61,512 nt of DNA from Oculatellaceae cyanobacterium bins.114 (lineage in GTDB: Bacteria > Cyanobacteriota > Cyanobacteriia > Elainellales > Elainellaceae), in contig JANRJA010000228.1 of the NCBI GenBank assembly GCA_033764315.1, positions 1 through 61,512 of the forward strand. Direction: 5' to 3'. How positions within the stretch are numbered: position 1 is the first letter of the stretch; every line of letters starts with the position of its first letter. Position numbers and translations under genes: made by a program. A model generated the notes under the pieces. The model had not been told where the DNA came from. It was given only the letters and a program-made list of their open reading frames with translations, and did not search any database. Shown in pieces: positions 51,340 through 61,512 of this stretch.

Positions 51340-52125
51340 ATGCTTGAGAAGAACAAACAGACCTATGCCGCCTCTGGTATCGTTCACCATTACACTCAAT
51401 TAAGTAGACTCCAACCCGCCGAACAAACCATTCTTGAGTTACTTCGAGAAGAATGGTCAAGCATGAAAATGTTGGATATCGGTGTAGGAGGAGGGCGCAC
51501 CACACAACACTTTGCTCAGTTAGTGGTGGAATATACTGGCATTGATTATTCCGCAGAGATGATTGCCGCTTGCCAAAATCGCTTCTCAACCGCCTCTCAA
51601 ACCACAACGTTTGAAGTCTGTGATGCCAGAGATATGAGCTGCTTTCAAGACAACTCGTTTGATTTTGTCTTATTTAGCTTTAATGGTATTGATTCGATTA
51701 CTCACAGCGATCGCTTGAAGGTGTTTCAAGAAGTCAGACGGGTGGGCAAGCCAGGTGGGTATTTCTTCTTTTCAACCCACAACCTTCAAGGACTGGAACG
51801 AGAATTTAATTGGAAAACACATATTAGCCTCAACCCTATTACAAGCTACTCTAATTTGGTGATGCTGGCTCTACTCCGTTGTTTTAACCGTTCTATGACC
51901 CTTGCTCAACTCAATGCCTCTGCTCACACTATTATTAAAGATGAACCTCACAACTTTCGTTTAGAAAGCTATTATGTAAGACCTCAAAAACAGCTTAGGC
52001 AACTAGAAACTGACTTTGATAATGTAAAAATTTATTCCTGGAAAAGTGGATTAGAACTTGTCAGTGAAGCTGAGGTATGCAGTAATTTTGATATGTGGCT
52101 TTACTACTTATGCAGTATTAAATAA
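51340..52125 (+). CDS. Class I SAM-dependent methyltransferase
   Basis: LDIGVGGGRTT, GIDYS, FSFNGID. Confidence 0.9.
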   Translation: MLEKNKQTYAASGIVHHYTQLSRLQPAEQTILELLREEWSSMKMLDIGVGGGRTTQHFAQLVVEYTGIDYSAEMIAACQNRFSTASQTTTFEVCDARDMSCFQDNSFDFVLFSFNGIDSITHSDRLKVFQEVRRVGKPGGYFFFSTHNLQGLEREFNWKTHISLNPITSYSNLVMLALLRCFNRSMTLAQLNASAHTIIKDEPHNFRLESYYVRPQKQLRQLETDFDNVKIYSWKSGLELVSEAEVCSNFDMWLYYLCSIK

Positions 52126-52205
52126 GCGATTCCACATTCAATAGATTTCTGCCATTAGTCCCAAGATTGATTTCAGGGCGAGAGAGCAACGAAGTAATAC
52201 TCTTT

Positions 52206-53048
52206 TTATCCTTGTGTTGCGAAACCCAACCGAGGTAACGTTGTTGCGATTAAAAAGATAGATAACTGGGTTGCCACAATGCTCGGACCCGATGGCAAAT
52301 TAAATCCGGCTGAGACCAGCATTCCTATCACTGCACTCAATGCGCCCAAACTTGCAGAAAGTAACACATAGTGGCTAAACGTGCGACTGAGTAACCGAGC
52401 CGCACAAGCAGGAATTACCACAAAGGCACTCACTAACAACACCCCGATCGCCTTAATTGAGATTCCCACCACTAACGATAACAACACAATAAATGCTGTG
52501 CGATGGGCTGACACCGACACACCCCGGGCGATCGCCAACGGTTCGTTGAGTGTCAACAACATTTGGGTTCGTAACGTTAGCCCAATGAACGCCATACAAA
52601 CAACTAACAGTAGTCCACTAAAAACTAAATCATGTTCTCGAACTGCCAAAATATCACCAAACAACAGGTTATTAATGCCCCCTTTGTATTCCCCTACAAA
52701 GCTGAGAACGATGATAGAAATTGCCAGTGAAGAAGAATAAATGATGTTTAGTAATGCATCTGTCCACAATCGAGTTCGCTCTAACAGATATGTCACTCCC
52801 AATGCAAATAACACAGCAAACGGCAGCAACACTAACGATGGATTTAGCCCCAGTAATAAACCAAGGCTAATTCCTAACAAGGCTGAGTGCCCTAATGCGT
52901 CGCTAAAGAATGACAACTGGCGCAAAATCGTAAAACTGCCCAACATTCCACCCATTAAGCCAGTTAGCACTCCGCCGATCAGGGCACGTTGCATAAAAGG
53001 AAGCTGAAACAGTTCGACAATGCGAGTCAATTCGGCTTGAAGAGACAT
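52206..53048 (-). CDS. znuB: Zn/Mn ABC transporter permease
   Basis: PFMQRAL, DALGHS, LFGDIL, PSGPSIV; likely start 53048. Confidence 0.88.
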   Translation of the reverse strand: MSLQAELTRIVELFQLPFMQRALIGGVLTGLMGGMLGSFTILRQLSFFSDALGHSALLGISLGLLLGLNPSLVLLPFAVLFALGVTYLLERTRLWTDALLNIIYSSSLAISIIVLSFVGEYKGGINNLLFGDILAVREHDLVFSGLLLVVCMAFIGLTLRTQMLLTLNEPLAIARGVSVSAHRTAFIVLLSLVVGISIKAIGVLLVSAFVVIPACAARLLSRTFSHYVLLSASLGALSAVIGMLVSAGFNLPSGPSIVATQLSIFLIATTLPRLGFATQG

Positions 53049-53067
53049 AACGGTTAGAGAGACATAA

Positions 53068-53832
53068 CTAATGTTGATGGCGATATCTAACAAACTCAGA
53101 CCCATAAGCAGACGAGAGGTTATCAGGAGAGAGGGTCACTTCTGGAATACCCTGACAGAGCAAGGTTTGATTTAGACACAAGACGCGATCGCAATGTCGT
53201 CGCACCATATCCAAATCGTGAGAAATTTGTAGAATTGCCCAACCTTGCTCATGTTTGAGTTGATACAACAGATGATAGAACTCAGATTCACCCTGCATAT
53301 CTAATCCAGCAGGGGCTTCATCAAGAATCAGCAATCGACGCGGATAGACTAAACAATAGGCCAGCAACACCCGCTTGGTTTCCCCTCCCGAAAGACCACT
53401 AATCGGTTGGTGTTGAAGGTGAGCCGCATCAACCCGTGTCAGAGCCTCTCGAACGGCATGACGACGTTTTCTGTGATCTACCCAGGGCAACTGGAACTCC
53501 AAACGATCCCAGCCTAGTCCTACCAGTTCTTCCACCGTCATAGGCAGACGGCGATCGAACAAAAAGCTTTGGGGCAGGTAGGCAATCTGTTGGCGGATCG
53601 ATTTAGGCAAAGAACCTGTCCGACTGAGCGGTTGACCCAGAATAAAGATATCCCCTGATTGTCGGGGTAAGATTCCCAGAATCGCTTGAACCAACGTGCT
53701 TTTGCCAGCACCATTAGGGCCAACGATCGCCGTATCCGTCCCCGCTTCCAGCGAGAACGACACATTCTGCACCGCCGCATAGGTTTCCCGATAAACGGTG
53801 AGTTGCTCAACTGCGAGCACGGTTTCTCTCAA
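53068..53832 (-). CDS. znuC: Zn/Mn ABC transporter ATPase
   Basis: GPNGAGKS, LSGGE, SHDL, VLCLN. Confidence 0.88.
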   Translation of the reverse strand: MRETVLAVEQLTVYRETYAAVQNVSFSLEAGTDTAIVGPNGAGKSTLVQAILGILPRQSGDIFILGQPLSRTGSLPKSIRQQIAYLPQSFLFDRRLPMTVEELVGLGWDRLEFQLPWVDHRKRRHAVREALTRVDAAHLQHQPISGLSGGETKRVLLAYCLVYPRRLLILDEAPAGLDMQGESEFYHLLYQLKHEQGWAILQISHDLDMVRRHCDRVLCLNQTLLCQGIPEVTLSPDNLSSAYGSEFVRYRHQH

Positions 53833-54071
53833 TCAATACCTCATCTATATGAATCAATATGGTTGCACAAGAGTTTGCATAAGTGAAGCAAGGGGTAAGG
53901 CAGGAGGTGCAATTAATTTATCGATAGCTGTAATGTGAGAGTCTCGCCCGCAGGCAAGAGGACTGTACTGCGTACATTTAATGAAGTCAACCTACTGAGG
54001 TAGACAATGTCAGGTGATCTACAGAAGGCCAATATTATTCAGTACTCAGTACTCTTTACCTCATAACCAAC

Positions 54072-54195
54072 GATTAATGATCCTGTGTACGACGATTCCA
54101 GATCTCCGGTTTTTAGGATGTCACGAGGCACCTTTGAGTCACCTCCAACGAGAAACCGGGGATCTAAACCCTTAAATTGCACATCGCGTTAATGA
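54072..54195. repeat. MITE family B copy 2
   Basis: Reverse complement of 23987-24112. Confidence 0.75.
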
Positions 54196-54221
54196 CCTAT
54201 GACCAATCACTCTTTCCTCCC

Positions 54222-55250
54222 TCAAAGTGAACCACCAAAGGCGTTAACCAGGCTCTCAACATTCTGGCGCATGATTGTGATGTAATACTCTGGCTCTGTT
54301 GCCTCAGATCCGCCAGTCTCCATCGAATCAAATTCACTAATGGTGACATTCAAATCTTGTGCCAGTGCTGCGAGTGCCTCTTCTCCGGCTTGAGGCTCAG
54401 TGAGGATAGTTTTCAGGTTCGACGCTTTCACTTCATCTGAAATGCGTTTGACATCTTCTGGAGAAGGATTTTCTTCAGGAGCATCAACTAAAAATTCTGC
54501 TTTTAGTCTATAGCTTTGAGCAAAGTAGGGGGCAAAGTCATGAAATGCCACAAAGGTTTTTCCGGCATAGGGTTGCAGTGTAGATGTGATATCTGCATCC
54601 AAGGCTTGCAGTTGCTCAATATAAGCGGCAGCATTGGCGGTGTACTCAGGTTGCCCCTGGGGATCAGCCGCAATCAACCCATCTCGAATGTTCTCAACCT
54701 GTTCAATGGCGCGTTTTGGGTCAAGCCAGACATGCGGATTTAACTCCCCATGCTGATGTCCGTCCCCGGCGTGTTCATGCTCTTCGGCTTCATTATGCCC
54801 TGCAATCTCTTCAGTTGAGATTGTGGCGATCCCTTCGCTGGAGTTAACAATCGTTAGATCTGGGTTGTCAGCATTAGCAACCAAATCTTCTAAAAACTCC
54901 TCTAGCTCTAGCCCATTTTGCACCAATACATCTGCTTGCGCTAATCGCTGCACATCGTCTGGCTTTGCCTGGTAGTCATGTGGGCCTACATTGGGCGGCA
55001 ACAGTTGCGTCACTTCGGCGCGATCGCCCGCCACTGCTTTGGTAAATTGAGTGATCGGTAGAAACGTCGTCACCACCTGCAATTCAGCCGTTTCAGTAGG
55101 AGACGCATCAGGTTGAGACGCCTCAGGTTGAGACGCCTCAGAACTAGAGACTGGGGTAGTTGGAGCACAACTGCTTGAGCTAACCGCGATCGCTGACGCC
55201 ACAATCACTGACAGCCAACGCGGCCTCCTAGAGAATTGGATAGAAGACAT
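54222..55250 (-). CDS. znuA: Zn ABC transporter substrate-binding lipoprotein
   Basis: Lipobox SSSC, PHDY, His-rich loop, NPHVW, FHD; start ATG 55250. Confidence 0.9.
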   Translation of the reverse strand: MSSIQFSRRPRWLSVIVASAIAVSSSSCAPTTPVSSSEASQPEASQPDASPTETAELQVVTTFLPITQFTKAVAGDRAEVTQLLPPNVGPHDYQAKPDDVQRLAQADVLVQNGLELEEFLEDLVANADNPDLTIVNSSEGIATISTEEIAGHNEAEEHEHAGDGHQHGELNPHVWLDPKRAIEQVENIRDGLIAADPQGQPEYTANAAAYIEQLQALDADITSTLQPYAGKTFVAFHDFAPYFAQSYRLKAEFLVDAPEENPSPEDVKRISDEVKASNLKTILTEPQAGEEALAALAQDLNVTISEFDSMETGGSEATEPEYYITIMRQNVESLVNAFGGSL

Positions 55251-55260
55251 GGAAAGACAA

Positions 55261-55275
55261 CGATAATGATTATCA
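55261..55275. promoter_or_regulatory. Zur box
   Basis: CGATAATGATTATCA versus cyanobacterial consensus TGATAATNATTATCA, 10 nt upstream of the znuA start. Confidence 0.8.
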
Positions 55276-55318
55276 TTTCTATGATATATCAATCGCCATA
55301 AAAATTGATCCTGATGAA

Positions 55319-55424
55319 TATAGCCGTAGTTATTCAGGTTAGAACGGGGTGCAGGGGTGGAACCCCTGGCTGGGGGCACCGCCCCCACACCCCCTTTGTC
55401 CTAGATTAGCTGGCTACAGCTATA
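55319..55424. mobile_element. MITE-like element with TATAGCCGTAG / CTACAGCTATA ends
   Basis: Terminal inverted repeats and GC-rich internal hairpins. Confidence 0.65.
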
Positions 55425-55500
55425 TAGCCCTGCACATCAGCGTTGGGCAGGGAGAAGCCTCAGCACCCCGTCCTGACCTAAACTCGGATTGCTTTTCTAA

Positions 55501-58500
55501 TTACCTCTTGAGCAACGTGGCGATCGCTCTGACGAGGGCGGTGGGTTCAATAGGTTTGGCAAGATGTTGTTGAAATCCGGCGGCTATGGCCTGCTGTTGA
55601 TCTAGCTCTCCGGCATAAGCGGTAAGGGCGATCGCCGGAATCTGTCCACCTTGTTCTGGGGGCAAGCGTCGCACCCGACGAATGAGTTCATATCCATCCA
55701 TTTCTGGCATCCCAACATCGCTGATCAGAATATCGGGCTTCAATTGAGCCACTGCATCTAATGCCTCGACGCCAGAAGCGACAACCGTGGCCTCTGCTCC
55801 AGCTTGTTTCAAAATGGTGAATGTCAGTTCCCGCATATCGGCTTCATCGTCTACCACTAAAATTTGTAGGGTTGCCAGAGGACTGTCAGCCTTGGGACTA
55901 AAAACCTGACTCTGATCAGACGTTTGGCTCCTCTTATGATTTGAGACTGGCAGTAAAACAGTAAAGGTAGCACCTAATCCTTCTCCAGGGCTTTCTGCCT
56001 TCACCATGCCGCCATGCAACTCAGTTAAATATCGAACGATCGCCAGACCTAAGCCCAATCCACCAAACTGTCGAGTTGTTGTGCCATCTTCTTGGCGAAA
56101 ATACTCAAACACATAGGGAAGAAACTCTGACGTGATCCCTTTGCCACTATCTTTGACTTGAATTTGAGCGTAATCAGTCTGTTTTTTATCAGTTGTTACC
56201 TGTTCTTCGACAAATGGTGCCTGACGAGTCACGCATGACAGCTCAATTTCAATCTTTCCTCCCCCCGGTGTGAACTTGACCGCATTAGACAACAAATTCC
56301 ACAGAACCTGTTGCAGGCGACTCGCATCTCCTGAGATTAGCCCAATTTCATTTGTTATGATTTTTTGAATCTCAATGTTCTTGGCCTCGGCTGATAGACC
56401 CACTGTTTCGATCGCTGCATCGATCACGGTTGCTAAATTAATGTCAGACACATTCAACATCATCTTGCCGCGCAAGATCCGTGAGATATCCAGCAAATCG
56501 TCAATCAACCGAGTTTGCAATTTTGCATTCCGCTCGATCGTCTCTAAGGCTCGCTTTGTACCTGCCTCGTCAAATTGGGTTGTTTGTAGGAGTCTTGCCC
56601 AGCCCAAAATGGGGTTGAGGGGCGATCGCAACTCATGTGACAACACGGCCAAAAACTCATCTTTGATCCGGTTGGCTTGTTCGGCTTCTCTGCGAGCAGC
56701 TTGTTCCCGTTCTAAAAACTTCTTGCGTTCTTGTTCGGCTTGTCTCCGCTCAGTAATATCTTCGGCAAAGATAATAATGCCGCCAATCTCACCCCCACTG
56801 GCATACCAGGGAAGAATCTCCCAGTGCAGCCATTGGATTGAACCGTCTGCCCGCAGGTAATGATCCTCTTCACATCGCTCTGTTGCCCCTGCCAGACAGC
56901 GTTGATGCACCTGTCGCCAGCGATCGGGAATATCTGTCATGACATCGTAATGGAATAGACCCTTGAGGTCTGTGTAGTCTGGGGCATATTTAAGCATCCA
57001 ACGCTGACTAGCAAAGAGATAGCGCATATCTCGATCGAACATAGCGACCGTAACGGGAGTATGTTCAATGAATCGTTGCAGTGTTTCGTTAGCTGATTGC
57101 TCTCGCGCCAACAGTTGTTCTCGTTCTACCTCAGCGCGTTTGCGATCGGTGATGTTGAGGGCAATTCCGGTCATCCGAATGGGTTGACCCTGAGGGTTAT
57201 AAAACGTTTGCCCGATCGCCATCAACCAGCAAAGCCCATTGGTGGGATGCAGCACCCGAAACTCTACATTGAGATTGGTGCGATGGTTTAACGCGGCGCG
57301 AGAGATCTGGTCTACCCGCTCTCGATCGGGTTCCCAAATAGATGCCAGCCAATTGTCATAAGACGGTGAAATAGATTCATCCAGACCGTAAAGCCGATAG
57401 TATTCCTCTGACCAGGTAACCTGGTTGGCAAGGATATCCCAATCCCACAGCCCTGCACCCGCCGCCCGCTGAGCCAGTCTCAACTGCTCTTCACTCTGGC
57501 GCACAGCTTCCTCTGCTTGTTTGCGATCGCTAATGTCAAACAAAACCCCAATCGAGCGCACGGCTTCATTCATCTGGTTATAGGTAAAGCTACCCAACGC
57601 TGCCAACCAGGAAATTTGACCGTTGTCGGCTCGAATGATGCGATATTCAGCTCGATAAGATCGGTGCTCTTGTCGCGACTGCTGCCACTCCTGAGCCACC
57701 CGGTCTTGATCATCAGGATGAATGCGGTCATACCACAGAGCTTCAGAGGCTTCACCCGTCTCAGCAGGGTCATACCCCAACATCGTGAAGTGATAATCTG
57801 ACCAGATGGCTTTCCCAGTAATCAAATCGACATCCCAGGTGCCCATCTGCGCTCCTTCCATTGCCAGTCTCAGGCGTTCTTCTCCTTGACGCAATGCCTC
57901 TTCAGTTTGTTTGCGATCGTGAATGTCGGTTGTCGTTCCAATCCATCGAACCGGTTTTCCTGCCTCATCTTTAATCGGCACAGCTCGACCCATAAACCAG
58001 CGATATTCCCCATCTTTGCGTCGATAGCGAAACTCTGCTTCAAACGATTCTCCCTTTTGCTTAGCGATTTCCCACTCCTCCATCAATCGTGGCAAGTCGT
58101 CAGGATGGTTAACCTGGGCAAATCCGCCAACATTCAATTCTTCAAGGGTTAGTCCGGTATATTCGACCCAACGTGGATTGACAAAATCAGCTTGACCGTT
58201 CTCGTCGCAAGACCAAATAAAATCGGGAACCGCTTCGCTTAAGGTGCGATAGAGAGTTTCGCTAGCCCGTACTGCTTGTTCAATGCGCTTGCGTTCCGTG
58301 ATGTCTTGAATCAGTACAACCGCTGAGGTGATTTGTCCTTGACTGTCAAAAATGGGAGAGGAGTTGGCATCTATAATGATCTGGGTGCCGTCCAAATAAC
58401 GAATTTCCATCTCCTCGTGGGTAACAACTTCACCCGTTCGCAGCGATCGCACGAGTGGATACTCATCCGGTGCATAAACCCGTCCGTCGGGATGATAGGC

Positions 58501-60450
58501 ATAGAACGGCACTTTTTGGTCATATTCTTCCAGCTCAAAATTTAACTCAAATGTGTGCTGAAGAATCTGGCCTGCACGCTCATTCGCCAGGATCAAATTC
58601 TCCGAGGCTGCATCTGCAATGAGTACCCCTTCGGGCATTTGGCGTAAAACGGCTTCAAACTGTGCTCGTTCGGCAGTAAGTTGTTGCAGGAGACATTCTC
58701 GTTCGGCTTCTGCCTGCTGATGTTCATCTTCAATGCGTTTGCGATCGCTCGTGTCACTGATCAGACTAAAATAGCCCAAAACCTCGCCCTGACGGTTGAT
58801 GTGGGGCACATAATCGGCTCTGATAGAACGGGTTCCACCCTCACGATACGGGATCTGGCTTTCAAAGCTGACCCGTTGCCCAGAGAGTGCCTGCTCTATA
58901 TAAGGAAGAACAGCTTCGTAAGCGGTATCTCCCAAGACGCTTCGCACAGACTGACCCGTAAAACTCTCGGCAGGTTGTTGAAACCACGTTTCATAGGTTT
59001 GATTATTAAAGCGGTAGTAATGGTGTTTGTCTACGTAAGCAATCAACACTGGGAGGGCGTTTGTCACCAAACGCAACTCTTCCTCACGTTGTCGTAGCCA
59101 TTCCTCAGTGTGTTGACGCTCTGTAATATCAATGGCAACTCCACCTAGTAGCCTCTCTTCAGAGGCTTGAGCGATCGGAAACTTATAGACCAAAAAATAT
59201 CCGACAGTGCCATCGGGTCGGGGGGCCGTCTCAACCGTTTCCATCATTTGCCCTGTTTGAAAAACACGGCGGTTATTTTCTAGAAACTGCTGAGCAAATT
59301 CCTCGCTATAGACATCATGAATCTGCTTTCCCACCGCATCTTGGCAAGGCAACTGAAACATTTGCCCATAGGTTGGGCTGAGATAGAGTAAACGCCCTGT
59401 TGAGTCAGCCATCCAGGCAGCTGTGGGGCTATGATTCATAAACGCTTGAAACCGAGCTTCACTGGCTTGTAGTGCTGCTTCTGCCTTCTTGCGCTCGGTG
59501 ATATCGATAATGGAGCCAATGTAGCCTAGATACGTTCCTGTGTTGTCAACCCAGGGAACGGCTGTATCAAACACCCAGCGATATTCCCCGTCATGTCGTC
59601 GCAGCCGATATTCTAGCTCCACTGGCTGATGATTTCGATGCGCTTCTAAATAGGTGCTCTCAATTGACTGAGCATCTTCTGGGTGGAGTGCTGCCAACCA
59701 GCCACTTCCCAAGGCTGCTTCTACGGTTTGCCCGGTAAATTGACACCACTGCTGGTTAAACCACACACCAGCCCCGTCAGGAGCCGAAACCCAAATCATC
59801 AGGGGTGAGTAGTCAGCAATGCTCTGAAACCGAGCTTCGCGGCTGAGTGAGTTTGATTCAATATTTGACGGCTGAGTAGCTGTCTCTAACCAAGAGCGAT
59901 GCGGGCTTTGGGAGTGGGAAATCTGGGATGGGGAGATCTGGCATCCTGTCGTAAAGACTCCAGCGATTTGCCCGGTTTCATTCCAAACGGCACTATAAGA
60001 CCAGGTGTAAAGCTGAGCATTGTCGCTTTGCTCATGACCACTTTGCTCCATCAAGCAGAGGCTTTTCTGACGCTTTAAAGCCTGTCCTGTGGTTAATACC
60101 TGAGCTATATCTGCCTGCATATTGCGCCAGTTTTTAGCCCAGCGATCGCTCCCCAAACTCACCTCAACCCGTGGCTGAGCCTCTTTGAGCAGAGCGTCAT
60201 AGGCATCGTTGTAGACCAAAACAAGTTCGCCAGAGCCACTCTGGATGCGATCGCACCCCCAAACCAAACACAGGGGACAACTAGAGTTTAATAAGATGTC
60301 AAAGGCACTTTTTAAGCCAAAAGACCACGTTTCAACAGCCCCCAGGGGTGTTTGTAACCCATCGACCACAGTCTGTGCGCTGGCAAAAAAAACAACTGGC
60401 TCACCGTCACCAGCAAACAAACCCTCTCCACTTGGTTTCCCCATCTTCAC
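55501..60450 (-). CDS. Large multi-PAS hybrid histidine kinase
   Basis: Many PAS/PAC repeats (HPED, EYRW, DITERK), then SHELRSPL, HATPase and REC. Confidence 0.95.
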   Translation of the reverse strand: MKMGKPSGEGLFAGDGEPVVFFASAQTVVDGLQTPLGAVETWSFGLKSAFDILLNSSCPLCLVWGCDRIQSGSGELVLVYNDAYDALLKEAQPRVEVSLGSDRWAKNWRNMQADIAQVLTTGQALKRQKSLCLMEQSGHEQSDNAQLYTWSYSAVWNETGQIAGVFTTGCQISPSQISHSQSPHRSWLETATQPSNIESNSLSREARFQSIADYSPLMIWVSAPDGAGVWFNQQWCQFTGQTVEAALGSGWLAALHPEDAQSIESTYLEAHRNHQPVELEYRLRRHDGEYRWVFDTAVPWVDNTGTYLGYIGSIIDITERKKAEAALQASEARFQAFMNHSPTAAWMADSTGRLLYLSPTYGQMFQLPCQDAVGKQIHDVYSEEFAQQFLENNRRVFQTGQMMETVETAPRPDGTVGYFLVYKFPIAQASEERLLGGVAIDITERQHTEEWLRQREEELRLVTNALPVLIAYVDKHHYYRFNNQTYETWFQQPAESFTGQSVRSVLGDTAYEAVLPYIEQALSGQRVSFESQIPYREGGTRSIRADYVPHINRQGEVLGYFSLISDTSDRKRIEDEHQQAEAERECLLQQLTAERAQFEAVLRQMPEGVLIADAASENLILANERAGQILQHTFELNFELEEYDQKVPFYAYHPDGRVYAPDEYPLVRSLRTGEVVTHEEMEIRYLDGTQIIIDANSSPIFDSQGQITSAVVLIQDITERKRIEQAVRASETLYRTLSEAVPDFIWSCDENGQADFVNPRWVEYTGLTLEELNVGGFAQVNHPDDLPRLMEEWEIAKQKGESFEAEFRYRRKDGEYRWFMGRAVPIKDEAGKPVRWIGTTTDIHDRKQTEEALRQGEERLRLAMEGAQMGTWDVDLITGKAIWSDYHFTMLGYDPAETGEASEALWYDRIHPDDQDRVAQEWQQSRQEHRSYRAEYRIIRADNGQISWLAALGSFTYNQMNEAVRSIGVLFDISDRKQAEEAVRQSEEQLRLAQRAAGAGLWDWDILANQVTWSEEYYRLYGLDESISPSYDNWLASIWEPDRERVDQISRAALNHRTNLNVEFRVLHPTNGLCWLMAIGQTFYNPQGQPIRMTGIALNITDRKRAEVEREQLLAREQSANETLQRFIEHTPVTVAMFDRDMRYLFASQRWMLKYAPDYTDLKGLFHYDVMTDIPDRWRQVHQRCLAGATERCEEDHYLRADGSIQWLHWEILPWYASGGEIGGIIIFAEDITERRQAEQERKKFLEREQAARREAEQANRIKDEFLAVLSHELRSPLNPILGWARLLQTTQFDEAGTKRALETIERNAKLQTRLIDDLLDISRILRGKMMLNVSDINLATVIDAAIETVGLSAEAKNIEIQKIITNEIGLISGDASRLQQVLWNLLSNAVKFTPGGGKIEIELSCVTRQAPFVEEQVTTDKKQTDYAQIQVKDSGKGITSEFLPYVFEYFRQEDGTTTRQFGGLGLGLAIVRYLTELHGGMVKAESPGEGLGATFTVLLPVSNHKRSQTSDQSQVFSPKADSPLATLQILVVDDEADMRELTFTILKQAGAEATVVASGVEALDAVAQLKPDILISDVGMPEMDGYELIRRVRRLPPEQGGQIPAIALTAYAGELDQQQAIAAGFQQHLAKPIEPTALVRAIATLLKR

Positions 60451-60453
60451 TGC

Positions 60454-60765
60454 CTACCCTTGCATGTCGGCATACAACGCAAGAAGCGTGTTTTCCTGGT
60501 TATGAATCAGTTGAGAAGTGGATTGGCTAAGCCTTTTAGTAAAAGCATGAGCTGGACGCCGTGCCAATTTAAAGGGTTGAATTTGACCTGCCTGCCAACG
60601 GCTGACTGCGACACCACTCGTACCAGTAGCGGCAGCAAATTGCTCTTGAGTGATGTTGGTTAGACCTCGCAATTCACGAATCAGATCACCCAACATGGGT
60701 TGTTTCAGTTGAGTGACTTGTGTAAGTGACACTGGGTGGGTCATGAACGGCATGCAATGCATCAT
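60454..60765 (-). CDS. XRE-family helix-turn-helix protein
   Basis: LIRELRGLTNITQEQFA....VAVSRW; ends 3 nt before the kinase start codon. Confidence 0.75.
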   Translation of the reverse strand: MMHCMPFMTHPVSLTQVTQLKQPMLGDLIRELRGLTNITQEQFAAATGTSGVAVSRWQAGQIQPFKLARRPAHAFTKRLSQSTSQLIHNQENTLLALYADMQG

Positions 60766-61009
60766 CTAAGGTTAGATAAAGACATTCTCAGCCTAACGGC
60801 AGGATCCAGTCTCTATCTTTTGAGAGATTTATTTTTTGCCTCCTTTATCCAAAAAATAGAGGGAAAGCACGCATGGTGTTAAATCATAGCTTTGGTCATA
60901 AAGCTCAGGAGATTTCTGCTAAAAAAAATACCTGAATTGCCGTGTTTCGACTTCGCTCAACGCTCTGAACTTGTGGGCTGAACGAACTCAAAGCCTAAAC
61001 CCTCAGTTA

Positions 61010-61107
61010 TACCAATTTAATTTTTGATTGTGACAGATTATTGGGTAGGGGCGTTTCGCAAAACGCCCTTATGGAATCATGTGCAGCGAAGCCAATTCAA
61101 ATTGGCA
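61010..61107. repeat. MITE with family A ends and a family D REP core
   Basis: TACCAATTT...GTAGGGGCGTTTCGCAAAACGCCCTTA...AAATTGGCA. Confidence 0.7.
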
Positions 61108-61373
61108 TTAGATTCATTCCTGGAAATCTCTTTAGGACAAAGGCAGTGGCTCAAATACTGATTCTGGGGAGCTTTCTGACTTGCCTCCACCTCATCAAAT
61201 GCGGCTGCGGCTATAACAACGTTGTTGGAGTCTGATGAACGAGTTTAACAGGCAACTCTCCGTTGTTGCTCCCGTTTGCCAACCTACACCAATCAGGTTG
61301 CTATACCTCATTTTGCGTTAACGGTTCTAAATCGAAAACAGTTCCTGGATAGCCCTTTTTCAAGTCACTTAAG

Positions 61374-61512
61374 CAGGGTGGTTTCATTTAGGTGGAGGAA
61401 AACCTTGGGTGAGGATCGTGTAAACCTGTTTGAGTTGGTTGGTGAGGGCACGCACTCCTTGAGGAATGGTGCGGAAGGCAAGCTGGCGGACAATGGAGAT
61501 GAGAAAACAATT
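61374..61512 (-). mobile_element. End of an ISAs1-like insertion sequence (transposase C-terminus 61384-61512 and terminal IR)
   Basis: Minus frame ...IVRQLAFRTIPQGVRALTNQLKQVYTILTQGFPPPK* followed by AATGAAACCACCCTG, resembling ISAs1 ends. Confidence 0.6.

Noticed and set aside
55109..55140. 15-bp direct repeat in znuA
   Set aside because: Encodes an ordinary low-complexity lipoprotein linker (EASQP).
55251..55388. N-terminal extension of znuA in the ORF track
   Set aside because: Covers the Zur box and a MITE; the signal peptide starts at 55250.
1..61512. GCGATCGC over-representation as a novel signal; also the many short antisense ORFs inside long genes; tRNA/rRNA genes
   Set aside because: The octamer is the well-known cyanobacterial HIP1. 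The short ORFs are shadows of confidently assigned genes. No tRNA or rRNA was recognised.

Overview
Chromosomal window from a cyanobacterium. The HIP1 octamer GCGATCGC is very abundant, and the gene content fits a filamentous, probably terrestrial Leptolyngbya/Oculatella-like organism (inference). It carries core and stress genes (partial egtB, glpK, dxr, arfB, msrA, an AlkB-like dioxygenase, Zur-boxed znuACB, two hybrid histidine kinases) and a TSD-motif cyanobacterial halorhodopsin. A cobalamin cluster (cbiET, cobH, cobI, cobB, cobW) adjoins a B12 riboswitch that heads an unexpected desaturase / MPBQ-methyltransferase / hypothetical / DUF1636 / cobW operon. An accessory island at about 36.4-43.4 kb holds a NACHT-GUN4 NLR-like protein with a G/T-skewed 3' segment, a 16-bp palindrome, a frameshifted RAYT-like HUH transposase abutting a truncated DUF3368 toxin, an 11 x 21-bp degenerate tandem array beside a small basic helical protein, and an acidic C1 peptidase. 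At least six families of REP/MITE-like repeats fill the intergenic spaces, and the window ends in an ISAs1-like element. All family assignments come from motif recognition by eye; no searches were run.
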